A stretch of 64,000 nucleotides of DNA. Origin: an uncultured Gammaproteobacteria bacterium. GTDB lineage: Bacteria > Patescibacteriota > Microgenomatia > 2-02-FULL-39-11. Location of the stretch: positions 14,404 through 78,403 of the forward strand of contig CAYIFB010000002.1 of assembly GCA_964362665.1 (NCBI GenBank), in the 5' to 3' direction. Under the pieces are notes generated by a model, which saw nothing but the letters and a program-made list of their open reading frames with translations, searched no databases and was not told where the DNA came from. Shown here piece after piece: positions 46,022 through 55,836 of the stretch. Position numbers and translations under genes: made by a program. Positions within the stretch are counted from its first letter, which is position 1. Each line of letters starts with the position of its first letter.

Positions 46022-46672
46022 TTAGAAAAATACTTCAGTAAAGATATTGTTTCCGTTAATTCCTTTTACGCTTAATATATCATAGACGTCGTTAATCATT
46101 GCCCGATTACCACATAAATAGTAAAGAGTATCAAGAGGTAGAGGTATTTTTTTTAGATAGTCGGTTACTCTTCCTGCAAAATCGCCGCCTTTTCCTTTAG
46201 AAACACAAGCTACATACTTTCCTTTACCATAATCCTTGCGGTCATATTGTTCAGATGTCAAGCGAATTCCGTGAAGAATTTGAAAGTCGATTTTGGGATA
46301 GGATTTCACGAAGGAATGAAAAGGAGCGATTCCGGTTCCCGATCCGATAAACATATATTTTTGTTTTGCGTTTGGGTTAATAAGTGTAAATTTACCGTAC
46401 GCTCCGTCAAGCGTAACAAATTCATCAGGTTTTAACTTACTAAGTCCTTCGGATACTGCGCCGCCTTTTACTTTTCTTATCAGAAACTCAAGATAGTTAT
46501 CATAAGCGCCGGAATAGGTGGAATATTCCCGGTTTACCGCACTGCCAACAAGTCCGATGTTAACACACTGGCCGGGTATGAATTTGAAGTTGTTGCGTGC
46601 GATTCGGAGAATAAAAGTTGATTTACTGAGGTGGCGGATTTCCAGCACAAGAGCCCGCTGCATTGTATTCAT
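46022..46672 (-). CDS. ferredoxin-NADP-reductase-like FAD/NAD(P)-binding oxidoreductase
   Basis: R-E-Y-S FAD motif. GSGTGIAPF matches the NAD(P)-binding GxGxGxxP. Confidence 0.6.
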   Translation of the reverse strand: MNTMQRALVLEIRHLSKSTFILRIARNNFKFIPGQCVNIGLVGSAVNREYSTYSGAYDNYLEFLIRKVKGGAVSEGLSKLKPDEFVTLDGAYGKFTLINPNAKQKYMFIGSGTGIAPFHSFVKSYPKIDFQILHGIRLTSEQYDRKDYGKGKYVACVSKGKGGDFAGRVTDYLKKIPLPLDTLYYLCGNRAMINDVYDILSVKGINGNNIFTEVFF

Positions 46673-46807
46673 ATCTTATTTTACAAAACTTTTCTCATTT
46701 TTAAAATGGGAACGATACTTTATCTCCGATTATAAATTAGTTACAATAGATCTTACCTGCTTCAGTTTATATCATTTCATTACTCAAGGAAGAGATTTTT
46801 TATTTCT

Positions 46808-47911
46808 ATGAAAAAAATTTTAATCATTGAAACATCTCTTTTCCGCGGGGGAGGTAGAGGAGGATCCTTTCAACAAGCCAAATACTACCTGGATTTATTA
46901 AGCCAGCATGGTTATAACGCTGAGCTTTTTATAGGGGAAGCAAGGATGAACCAATATCTTCGAAGACTTAAACTAATTCGAAAGATCCGTACATCAGACT
47001 TTATTATCGGTTTCGGTACTCCTCTTCTTTGCAGTTATCTGCAGTGGTTAAGTTTTTTTCTTGGTAAAAAAGGGATTTTTTGCATAGACACTTACATTTC
47101 TTCACGTGACATCATCAAAGATCACCTCAAAAGGAATATATTTCCGGCAAAAATAATTTTTTATACGATCTTTTCTTCCTTATTGAACAAAATATTTATG
47201 TTTTTTTTGCCTCCAAAACTTAATTTAGTCACACTTTCTTCCTGCCATTATATTTTCGATAAACTGAAGTATACAAGATTAGGATGTGACGGAGACAGAT
47301 TTTTATATCCTAAAATAACATATAAAAAAAGAATAGGAGTACTAAATAAACATAAGACTGTTTTATTTTATGGAACTTTGTATCGGGGTCGGGGAGTGAT
47401 AGATTTGATTCAAGCATGCAGGATTCTTTGGAAAGAAAGCTACGACTTTAAACTAATTATACTCGGATGGCCTATAGACCCCTTTACAAAAAAGCAAATA
47501 GCGGGCGATATCATGGATATCGATAAGAGGAAAATAGTAGTAAAAGGTTATGTTACCAATATCGGGGAATATTTAAAAGAAGCAAGCGCTGTGGTTCTGC
47601 CCTTCCGCTATCCCTGTTCATTTCAGACCCCGTATACTTTACTTGAACCCATGGGTTTGGGAGTACCGGTGATTACGACTGATGTCGGGTCTCACTGCGA
47701 GTGGATTAAAGACAGGGACACGGGACTGATTTGCCAGAAGGAAAACCCCGGGGATTTAGCAGAGAAGATAGAGACTGTATTTAAGGATAAAAAACTTGTT
47801 GAGAGAATTACTACCGGAGCATATAGATTACTCAAAAAGAGATATCAAAAGAAAGATTTGCTTTTAGAAACTCTTAAAAAGTATGAAAGACAAATACTGG
47901 GCAAAAAATAA
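46808..47911 (+). CDS. GT4 glycosyltransferase
   Basis: C-terminal E-x7-E region (LEPMGLGVPVITTDVGSHCE). Confidence 0.55.
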   Translation: MKKILIIETSLFRGGGRGGSFQQAKYYLDLLSQHGYNAELFIGEARMNQYLRRLKLIRKIRTSDFIIGFGTPLLCSYLQWLSFFLGKKGIFCIDTYISSRDIIKDHLKRNIFPAKIIFYTIFSSLLNKIFMFFLPPKLNLVTLSSCHYIFDKLKYTRLGCDGDRFLYPKITYKKRIGVLNKHKTVLFYGTLYRGRGVIDLIQACRILWKESYDFKLIILGWPIDPFTKKQIAGDIMDIDKRKIVVKGYVTNIGEYLKEASAVVLPFRYPCSFQTPYTLLEPMGLGVPVITTDVGSHCEWIKDRDTGLICQKENPGDLAEKIETVFKDKKLVERITTGAYRLLKKRYQKKDLLLETLKKYERQILGKK

Positions 47912-48623
47912 GTATAGTACAGTTGATCCGCTGGACTACGAAACGGCGCGTTTCCGTACGCACGCCGGAAAACTGATAGATGAAACAGAAAAAAGAGCGG
48001 TATTAGATTTACTACTGAATTCGGGGGTAGATTATAAGAAAGAACCGAAGATACTGGATGTGGCAACTGGTCCCGGAAGGCTTGCGTTTTATCTAAAGGA
48101 TAATTTACAAGAGGCTAAAATAACAGGTGTCGATATTAACGAAAATATGTTGAGAAGGGCCCGGGAGGTTGCTAGAGGAAAAAAATTAAATATAAATTTT
48201 ATCAAGGGAGATATTTATCATCTTCCATTTCAAGAAAAACAATTTGATGCAGTGACGGGATTGAGATTTTCCATGCACTTGCCGGATATTGATAGTCTTA
48301 TCAGGGAATTAGCTAGAGTACTCAAAAAAGACGGTATTTTAATCTTTGACATCTTCAATCTGGATAGTATATTAAAGTTGAGGTCTTCCGGTAAAAATCA
48401 CAGCCGTCAATTTTCAGGATGGTACAACATCTCTGATCTGATTGACATCTCATTTCAAAACGGACTGGAGTTTGTCCAAAAAAAAGGATTATTTCTGTGT
48501 GGCGAAACTAGTCTTCGAAAATTTCCGGAAAATCTGTTATTTATGCTTTCCGCGTTTGTCAGGCCGCCCTTATTTTTGCAGAATTTTTCCACTAAAATAG
48601 TCCTATGTTTCAGAAAAATATGA
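47883..48623 (+). CDS. class I SAM-dependent methyltransferase
   Basis: ILDVATGPGRLAFYL is motif I. Confidence 0.65.
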   Translation: MKDKYWAKNKYSTVDPLDYETARFRTHAGKLIDETEKRAVLDLLLNSGVDYKKEPKILDVATGPGRLAFYLKDNLQEAKITGVDINENMLRRAREVARGKKLNINFIKGDIYHLPFQEKQFDAVTGLRFSMHLPDIDSLIRELARVLKKDGILIFDIFNLDSILKLRSSGKNHSRQFSGWYNISDLIDISFQNGLEFVQKKGLFLCGETSLRKFPENLLFMLSAFVRPPLFLQNFSTKIVLCFRKI

Positions 48624-49735
48624 ATATACTTGTTACAGGAGGCGCAGGCTTTATTGGCAGTTTTCTGGTGGACAGATTACTCAGAGAAGGACATAACGTC
48701 AGAATTATTGATAACCTTGAATCCCAAGTTCATCAAGGAAAAAAACCTAAATATCTCAATAAGGATGCGGAATTTATCAGGGCCGATATTTGTGATGAAG
48801 ACGCTTTGGATAAAGCCTTGAAATCAATTGATATAGTATTTCATGAAGCGGCGATGGTAGGGGTGGGACAGAGCATGTATGAAGTGATTAAATACACAAG
48901 GGTAAATGAGTTGGGAACGGCCACGCTTCTTGATCTTATCGTCAATAAACATAGGGATCATATTAAAAAAATGATAGTTGCCGCCTCCATGAGTGAATAC
49001 GGGGAAGGACTTTATAGTTGTAAAAAATGCGGTTTAGTGAAACCTGAATTACGGGAAGAAAATGATTTAGAAAATAAGCGATGGGAATCCGGATGTCCAA
49101 ATTGCCATAATTCATTATTACCAATACCTACAGATGAGACTACTCAATTAAATTGCCATTCAGTATATGCCATCAATAAAAGAACACAGGAGGATATGTC
49201 TTTAACTGTTGGTAAAGCATTTAAAATTCCCACAGTTGCCCTTCGGTATTTCAATGTTTATGGTCCCAGACAAAGTCTTTCAAATCCATATACTGGGGTA
49301 GCTGCAATATTTATTGGCCGTATAAAAGCGGGTAAACCCCCGGTAATATTTGAAGACGGGCTTCAAAGCCGCGATTTTGTATCAGTACATGATATTGTTG
49401 TAGCAAATATTGCCGTAATGAAAAAGAGTAGTGCTGATTATCAGATTTTTAACGTAGGATCAGGAAATAAAATTACCATACTGGATTTAGCAAAATTACT
49501 GATAAAAATATTTGGCAGTAACCTGCAAGCTGAGATTACAAATCAATTCAGAACAGGAGATATCCGCCACTGTTTTGCAGATATAACTAAAATAAAAAAA
49601 ACTCTTGGTTGGAAACCGGAAATAAGATTTGATGAAGGGATAAAGGAACTGATTGAATGGAGCTATGAAGAAAATTCAAAAGATATGTTTAATCAGGCAG
49701 AAAAGATCTTGAGGGATAAGGGGGTTATCAGATGA
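48605..49735 (+). CDS. NAD-dependent NDP-sugar epimerase/dehydratase with zinc-ribbon insertion
   Basis: VTGGAGFIGS, the YxxxK motif (YAINK), and a ~35-aa insert with CKKCG...CPNCH between the Ser and Tyr motifs. Confidence 0.7.
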   Translation: MFQKNMNILVTGGAGFIGSFLVDRLLREGHNVRIIDNLESQVHQGKKPKYLNKDAEFIRADICDEDALDKALKSIDIVFHEAAMVGVGQSMYEVIKYTRVNELGTATLLDLIVNKHRDHIKKMIVAASMSEYGEGLYSCKKCGLVKPELREENDLENKRWESGCPNCHNSLLPIPTDETTQLNCHSVYAINKRTQEDMSLTVGKAFKIPTVALRYFNVYGPRQSLSNPYTGVAAIFIGRIKAGKPPVIFEDGLQSRDFVSVHDIVVANIAVMKKSSADYQIFNVGSGNKITILDLAKLLIKIFGSNLQAEITNQFRTGDIRHCFADITKIKKTLGWKPEIRFDEGIKELIEWSYEENSKDMFNQAEKILRDKGVIR

Positions 49736-50601
49736 AAAGGCTGGTTTCAATTGTTGTACCGACATTTAATTGTCAGGATATAATTGAGGATTGTTTAAAT
49801 TCTGTTAAGAAGCAGACTTACAAGAATATCGAGATAATAATTGTTGACAGTTTCAGTACTGATAGGACTCCTCAAATAGGGAGAAGATATGGCAGAGTTT
49901 ATTCATTTGGCCGTGATCCTGAGCAAAAAAATGTTTTTGCGGTGCCTTACCAGCGTAATTACGGAGCATTAAAGGCAAAAGGGGAATATGTTTATATCAT
50001 CGATTCTGATATGAGGTTAAATCCTGAAGTTGTAGAGTCTTGTGTTGAGTTAATAGAAAAGAAAGGCGCAGCTGCAATAATTGTTCCCGAAGTTTCATAC
50101 GGAGAAAGTTTCTGGGCCAGTTGTCGGGCTCTGGAAAAAGCATGCTACAACAGGAGTTCCCGATCTTTATCCGATGCGGCCAGGTTTGTAAAAAAAGGCG
50201 TTTGGAAAAACTTAGGCGGTTTGGACGAAACGTTGGGAGGGGGAGATGATTGGGATTTTCAATTGAGATTAAACGAACGCGGGTATAAGACTTTAAAAAC
50301 AAAAGTAGCAGTAATGCATTATGAAGGCAATTTATCGCTCGGCAAGCAAATTTATAAAAAATTCAGATACGGAAAGTCGGTACTGGATTATTTCAAAAAG
50401 CACAGGGATAAAAAAACTTTATTGGTAAAACAGTATTCTTTGATAAGGCCGGATTTTATCAGTAATATTGATCTTCTGGCGAAAGATCCTATTCATGCAA
50501 TTGGTATGATATTTATGAAAATAGTTGAATACGCGGCTGCTTTTTGCGGTTTGGTTTACTCACAGCTATTTAAAGAGGAAGTGAATATAAAGAATAAATA
50601 A
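49732..50601 (+). CDS. GT2 glycosyltransferase
   Basis: VSIVVPTFN...IIVDSFSTD...IDSD. Confidence 0.6.
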   Translation: MKRLVSIVVPTFNCQDIIEDCLNSVKKQTYKNIEIIIVDSFSTDRTPQIGRRYGRVYSFGRDPEQKNVFAVPYQRNYGALKAKGEYVYIIDSDMRLNPEVVESCVELIEKKGAAAIIVPEVSYGESFWASCRALEKACYNRSSRSLSDAARFVKKGVWKNLGGLDETLGGGDDWDFQLRLNERGYKTLKTKVAVMHYEGNLSLGKQIYKKFRYGKSVLDYFKKHRDKKTLLVKQYSLIRPDFISNIDLLAKDPIHAIGMIFMKIVEYAAAFCGLVYSQLFKEEVNIKNK

Positions 50602-50604
50602 CCC

Positions 50605-51609
50605 ATGACAAATGAATATAAATTCAGTATCTGTATACCTACCTATAATGGGGCTGAGTATATAGGAGAAACGCTAAAAAGCATCTTTAAGCAAAGTTAC
50701 CGGAATTTTGAGATCATTATCAGTGATGACTGTTCAACTGATGATACCGTAAAGCGAATTAAAAGTTTTAAAGATAAAAGAATCCGGATTTATAAAACAC
50801 TTCATAATGTCGGATACGGTGATAACTTGAAAACTTTTAAAAGTAAGATTTCCGGCGACATCATGTTTATGATGGCTCAAGACGATTTGTTGACTCCTGA
50901 TGCTCTTCCGAAAATCAACCAGGCGTATCATCTGGATAAAGACATCGGAGCGGTAATCAGGCCTTACTACCAGTTTGACAGCGACCCCAGAATTCCCGTA
51001 CGTCGCGCGCCGCCGCCGGATCTGAATAACGATTTAATAGTCTCAATTTTTGCTGACAGAAAGATAATTGAAAAAGTGATCGAAGCCAGCGGTTTACTTT
51101 CGGCCATATCATACAGGGTAAAATATATGGATAGGGATTTCCACGCCCATGTTTTTCCTGCACACGCGTACCCGTTTTTTTCCATTTTTAAAAAACATAA
51201 GATAGTTTTCTTGCATGATTATATCGTTGCGGTGAGAATATTTTCCAGCCAGGCAAGGTTTAAGTCCAGCATTTATGAGCCATCACCTGTCGACACATGG
51301 GTAAAAATGTTTAACACAGTCTTGAAAGAGAAGAAGTATAACCAAGTGAGAGAAAACTGCATAGATTATGCAGCCAGAAATTATGTGGGTCTGGTGCAGA
51401 TAAGAAATTTCAGTTCATATAAAAATCTGTTGAGAGAAATATTAATTCACCTTAAATACAGATGGATCAATATCTTAAATCCCAGATTTTTGTCTTATTG
51501 TATAATATGTCTTTTGACGCCCAGGCTTTTCTTAATTAAAATAGTTGATGAATATAAAAAAAGAATTTTATCCGGAATTATAAAATCTGGCGTGGCAATA
51601 CGCTTATGA
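50605..51609 (+). CDS. GT2 glycosyltransferase
   Basis: FSICIPTYNGAEYIGETLKSIFKQSY...IISDDCSTDDT. Confidence 0.65.
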   Translation: MTNEYKFSICIPTYNGAEYIGETLKSIFKQSYRNFEIIISDDCSTDDTVKRIKSFKDKRIRIYKTLHNVGYGDNLKTFKSKISGDIMFMMAQDDLLTPDALPKINQAYHLDKDIGAVIRPYYQFDSDPRIPVRRAPPPDLNNDLIVSIFADRKIIEKVIEASGLLSAISYRVKYMDRDFHAHVFPAHAYPFFSIFKKHKIVFLHDYIVAVRIFSSQARFKSSIYEPSPVDTWVKMFNTVLKEKKYNQVRENCIDYAARNYVGLVQIRNFSSYKNLLREILIHLKYRWINILNPRFLSYCIICLLTPRLFLIKIVDEYKKRILSGIIKSGVAIRL

Positions 51610-52349
51610 AGTTAAAATCATTAATTTCCAAATACCGATTATACATTTCGCCTCTTTTTTTGGCCCGTTATTATAATTTAAATTGCGTTAAAGAAACGGT
51701 TGATAAATACAAATTCCGCGGGACTGTGTTGGATGTCGGTTGCGGAGATAAACCGTATAAATATTTATTTAAGAACAGCACGGATTATAAAGGGATTGAT
51801 TTCAAAGAGCACTCCACTAATAATTGTTTTCCTTTCAGCGAGTTTCCCGATTACTACTTTCCAAAAGATTATGCAAAAACGTTTCGTCTTCCCTTTAAAA
51901 ATAATCAATTCGACCATGCTGTAGCTTTTCAGGTGCTGGAGCACCACCAGGATCCGGAAAAAATGTTTTCAGAAATATTCAGGGTCGTCAAAAAAGGAGG
52001 GTATGTACTGATAACAGCACCCTTTATTGGAGGTATTCACGGCGAACCGGATGATTATCAACGATATACGAAATACGGATTAATGGTGAGGGCAAAAAAA
52101 TATGGCGAAGTAGTAATTATTAAAGAACAAGGTTCAGTTTTTTCGGTAATCTCAACTCTTTTTGGAGAATTACTTATCAAGTTTACAGGTAAAAGCAAGT
52201 TGCATTATATTGTAGGAATGCTTGTGTTTCCGCCCTTTTTACTCTATTCCTATCTGGTATTAGTTCTTGATAAGATAATTAAATCTGATATTATTTTCAT
52301 AAATTATTTGATATTAATAAAAAAGAGAAAGGTTCAATTTGAAGGTTAA
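51606..52349 (+). CDS. class I SAM-dependent methyltransferase
   Basis: VLDVGCGDKPY is motif I. Confidence 0.6.
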   Translation: MKLKSLISKYRLYISPLFLARYYNLNCVKETVDKYKFRGTVLDVGCGDKPYKYLFKNSTDYKGIDFKEHSTNNCFPFSEFPDYYFPKDYAKTFRLPFKNNQFDHAVAFQVLEHHQDPEKMFSEIFRVVKKGGYVLITAPFIGGIHGEPDDYQRYTKYGLMVRAKKYGEVVIIKEQGSVFSVISTLFGELLIKFTGKSKLHYIVGMLVFPPFLLYSYLVLVLDKIIKSDIIFINYLILIKKRKVQFEG

Positions 52350-52360
52350 TAATTTAAAAT

Positions 52361-53125
52361 TTGTTAAATGATATGAAATCAAACCGTTTAACCAGGAGAG
52401 AGTATTGGGACGACCATTGGAAGACGTTCAAACCGAAAATTATAACTGAAAAAAATATTCAAAACATATTTCCGAGCCTGTTTAAAAAATATTTACCTGT
52501 CAATCATAAGTTCCGTTGTTTGGAAGTAGGTTGTGTTCCGGGAGATTTATTAATCGCCTTAAATAAGATTTTTGGTTATAGGCCGGTTGGAGTTGATTAT
52601 AATAACAAGATTGATTTGATAAGAAAAAATATGAGGAAAAATGGAATTACAGACTATAAAGTCTATAAGGCGGATATTTTCAAGTTTGAGCCAAAAGAAA
52701 AATATGATGTGGTATGTTCGTTCGGACTGATAGAGCATTTTTCAGACCCAAAACCCTGTATCGGGAAAATGGCCAGTCTGGTAAGAAAAGGCGGCTATTA
52801 TATAGTTCATGTGCCAAATTTCAGATGGCTACAATATATAATCCATTATTTCAGCGATAAGGAATTGTTCGACACACACAATTTAAAATATATGGATATC
52901 GATAATCTGGAAAAAGTTATTCATGAAGTCGCGAGCGTCGAAACCATTTATGCAGGATATTTCGGCATAATTCAAGACTGGCCCAAAACGGGATTTTTAC
53001 CCATGGATATAATCCATTATTTAACTCATGGATTTAATATTATTGCCGATAAACTTGGATTAAATACGCTGCTTGCCAATCGATACACTTCAACTGATAC
53101 AGTATTTATCGGGAGAAAGTTGTAA
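52361..53125 (+). CDS. class I SAM-dependent methyltransferase
   Basis: CLEVGCVPGDLL is motif I. FGLIEHF is a post-II motif. Confidence 0.55.
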   Translation: MLNDMKSNRLTRREYWDDHWKTFKPKIITEKNIQNIFPSLFKKYLPVNHKFRCLEVGCVPGDLLIALNKIFGYRPVGVDYNNKIDLIRKNMRKNGITDYKVYKADIFKFEPKEKYDVVCSFGLIEHFSDPKPCIGKMASLVRKGGYYIVHVPNFRWLQYIIHYFSDKELFDTHNLKYMDIDNLEKVIHEVASVETIYAGYFGIIQDWPKTGFLPMDIIHYLTHGFNIIADKLGLNTLLANRYTSTDTVFIGRKL

Positions 53126-53132
53126 CTCACTT

Positions 53133-54803
53133 ATGACCATTTTAGGCCTCACCTCACCTCTATCATGGAATCAGGCTGCAGCCATAGTGAAGAACGGGAA
53201 ATTATTGGCTGTCGTTGAGGAGGAACGTTTCAATCGGATAAAGCATTCGCCCAGGATGCCCCCCTATAAATCCATTGAATTTTGTTTGCGGTTCGCCAAA
53301 GTTTTGCCCCACGATGTTGATGCCATTGCTTTGGGTTACCGGAGTCCTTTTGCTTATTATTGGAGAAGCGTTTTGGAGAATTTGAAGGAGAGGGATTTTA
53401 AGCGTCTCATTCGTGAAGGCGGCGCTTTGGCTGAATATATTGTGGGGACCGTGAGATTGATGGAGTGGTTAGAGACGAAGGGATTCAGAATCAAAGGACA
53501 AAACAAAGCTGAAATAAAATTTTATCCGCACCATGTTGTTCATGCGGCAAGTGCCTACAGGTGTTCCGGTTTTGAAAAAGCTAATGTGATAACTCTTGAC
53601 GGACAGGGTGAAGATGATTCCGGATCCATTTGGGAAGCACGTGACGGGCGTATGAAAAAGATTCATAAGATAGGTCATCATCAGAGTATAGGATGGGTTT
53701 ATCATGAAACAACGGATATTTTAGGTTTTAAGCCGCACAGTCATGAGGGTAAAGTAATGGGGCTGGCCGGTTGGGGCAAAAAAAAATTACCCGTCGGTGA
53801 AATATGGGAAGCGGGAGAATTCGATTATAAATTAAAGCATGGATGGTGTAAAAAATTCTGGAAGAAGTTTGGGCCAAGGCGCAGGAGAGAAGATTCATTA
53901 ACAGAAAGGCATAAAAATATTGCCCTAACTGTGCAAAACTTTACTGAAAAAGCAGGTATTTCGCTTGTAAATAAAGCCTATAAAAAAACAGGAATGAATA
54001 AATTTTGTTTAGCAGGGGGAGTTGCACTGAATTGCGATATGAATGCTAAAATTTGGGAGCTGCCCTTGGTTGAAAAAATCTTTATACAGCCGGCCTCAGA
54101 TGATGCAGGAACCGCGATCGGTGGCGCATTGGAATTGGCAAATGAACTTTGTGAAAACGCTGATTTCGAGATGCGGCATGCTTATTGGGGTCCAGAGTAT
54201 TCCAACAGAGAGATAGAAACCGTTTTAAAAGAAGCAAAAATCAATTACGAAAAAGTTAAAGATATCGAAAAAATCGTTGCGCAAAAGTTAGCTGAAGGTA
54301 AAATAGTGGGGTGGTTTCAAGGCAGGCTTGAAATTGGACCAAGAGCTCTGGGTAACAGAAGTATTTTAGCCCATCCCGGGCTGCCCGGGATGAAAGACAA
54401 GATAAACAGGGAAGTCAAACATAGGGAATTATGGAGACCTTTTGCTCCCTCAATTTTACATGATAGAGGTGAAGAATATTTTGAAAATTATTGTTTCAAT
54501 CCTTTTATGCTTCTGACTTTGAAATGCAAGAAAAAAGCACTCAAAGATCTTTCACAGGCTATTCATATAGACGGAACAGCCAGACACCAGAGTGTCATTG
54601 CAGAGACCAATCCCAGGTATTATAAGTTAATTTCAGAATTTGCTAAAATTTCCGGAATTCCGGCAGTACTGAATACCTCATTTAATGATGCTGAAGAACC
54701 TCTAGTCAATTCTCCCAAAGATGCGATCAGGACATTTTTTGGAACAGGTTTGGATATGTTGGCTATTGGAGATTATATTGTCAGCAAGGGAAACTTATTT
54801 TGA
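53133..54803 (+). CDS. NodU/CmcH-family carbamoyltransferase
   Basis: MTILGL...WNQAAAIVKNGKLLAVVEEERFNRIKH is the family N-terminus. Start trimmed to the ATG at 53133. Confidence 0.75.
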   Translation: MTILGLTSPLSWNQAAAIVKNGKLLAVVEEERFNRIKHSPRMPPYKSIEFCLRFAKVLPHDVDAIALGYRSPFAYYWRSVLENLKERDFKRLIREGGALAEYIVGTVRLMEWLETKGFRIKGQNKAEIKFYPHHVVHAASAYRCSGFEKANVITLDGQGEDDSGSIWEARDGRMKKIHKIGHHQSIGWVYHETTDILGFKPHSHEGKVMGLAGWGKKKLPVGEIWEAGEFDYKLKHGWCKKFWKKFGPRRRREDSLTERHKNIALTVQNFTEKAGISLVNKAYKKTGMNKFCLAGGVALNCDMNAKIWELPLVEKIFIQPASDDAGTAIGGALELANELCENADFEMRHAYWGPEYSNREIETVLKEAKINYEKVKDIEKIVAQKLAEGKIVGWFQGRLEIGPRALGNRSILAHPGLPGMKDKINREVKHRELWRPFAPSILHDRGEEYFENYCFNPFMLLTLKCKKKALKDLSQAIHIDGTARHQSVIAETNPRYYKLISEFAKISGIPAVLNTSFNDAEEPLVNSPKDAIRTFFGTGLDMLAIGDYIVSKGNLF

Positions 54804-54845
54804 AAATGAGGTGCAACCTCGTTGAAAATGAGGTGCAACCTCGTT
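54802..54845. repeat. tandem 22-nt repeat x2, each a GAGGT-GCA-ACCTC hairpin
   Basis: gaaaatgaggtgcaacctcgtt repeated twice directly after the carbamoyltransferase stop. Confidence 0.6.
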
Positions 54846-54908
54846 AAACTGCTTGACAAAAACATGCTTAATAGCTATTTTATTTAGTAATATGAAGATA
54901 GGAGTTTT

Positions 54909-55805
54909 ATGAAATATATTATTTATTCTGTTATCGCCGTGCTACTTCTGGCAGGAGGCTTCTTTTTATTCAGAAACGGCGTGCCTTTTTTTGGCAATAA
55001 AACCACAGAAGCAAATTTACCTGATATACTTTTTTTAACCAGTCCCGTGACGGAGTTTACAGGCAAAGTCGATAAAGTTTCCGGCAATACAATCTGGGTT
55101 TCCGGAAAGTATTCCATAACTCCTCCTCCCACGCTTCCCAATAATCCCACAAACCGACCGGGGCAGGTGATTACGGTTCCTCCGCTTCCTCCGACAAAGA
55201 CTTTAACTTATAAAGTAAATATTGCCTCATTTACGCAAATAACCAGGCCCGATATTACTGTTACTTATTTATTGAATAAAAATACCCCGACACCTACTCC
55301 TAAATTAACCGTTAGTGATATTAAAACGGGGCAAATGGTAACCGTTTCCGTAACCCGTGACCTGCGCAGCAACTCTTCGAAAGAAGTTGAAGCATACACC
55401 ATAAAGTTGCCGCCTTTTATGAACAAACTGACAGGAAAAATCACAAGCATTAAAAGCAATGAAGGGCTGATAATTCTTAAAGCACTGACTCCGGCGCGGG
55501 TAGTTATGAATGAACCAACAACTGCACCGGTCGAGAATGAATATGCTGTTTCAGTGACCCAGGCAACAGAAATATCACTTATGGGTACTGCTGAAACTCC
55601 AAAAACAGGAGTTTCCCCCAAACCTCCCAAACCCATCAAATATGAAATTACCGATCTAAAAGAGGGTAACCAGATCACAGTCTATGCTGATTCAGATGTG
55701 ATTGACAATCATAAAATAAAGGCCTTGCGTATCGAACCTCCGGCTGATTTTATGCCTTTGGAACTCTCCAAAACACCTACTTCTACCGTATCACCCAAGA
55801 AATAA
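54909..55805 (+). CDS. membrane-anchored Thr/Pro-rich extracellular protein
   Basis: N-terminal TM. Repeated TPTP / PPxT low-complexity tracts. Confidence 0.4.
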   Translation: MKYIIYSVIAVLLLAGGFFLFRNGVPFFGNKTTEANLPDILFLTSPVTEFTGKVDKVSGNTIWVSGKYSITPPPTLPNNPTNRPGQVITVPPLPPTKTLTYKVNIASFTQITRPDITVTYLLNKNTPTPTPKLTVSDIKTGQMVTVSVTRDLRSNSSKEVEAYTIKLPPFMNKLTGKITSIKSNEGLIILKALTPARVVMNEPTTAPVENEYAVSVTQATEISLMGTAETPKTGVSPKPPKPIKYEITDLKEGNQITVYADSDVIDNHKIKALRIEPPADFMPLELSKTPTSTVSPKK

Positions 55806-55836
55806 AAGAATACAATCTGTTGGGATAAGCGATAAT

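Noticed and set aside
53073-53132. ATG at 53073 for the carbamoyltransferase
   Set aside because: It overlaps the upstream methyltransferase. Family homology starts at MTILGL (53133).
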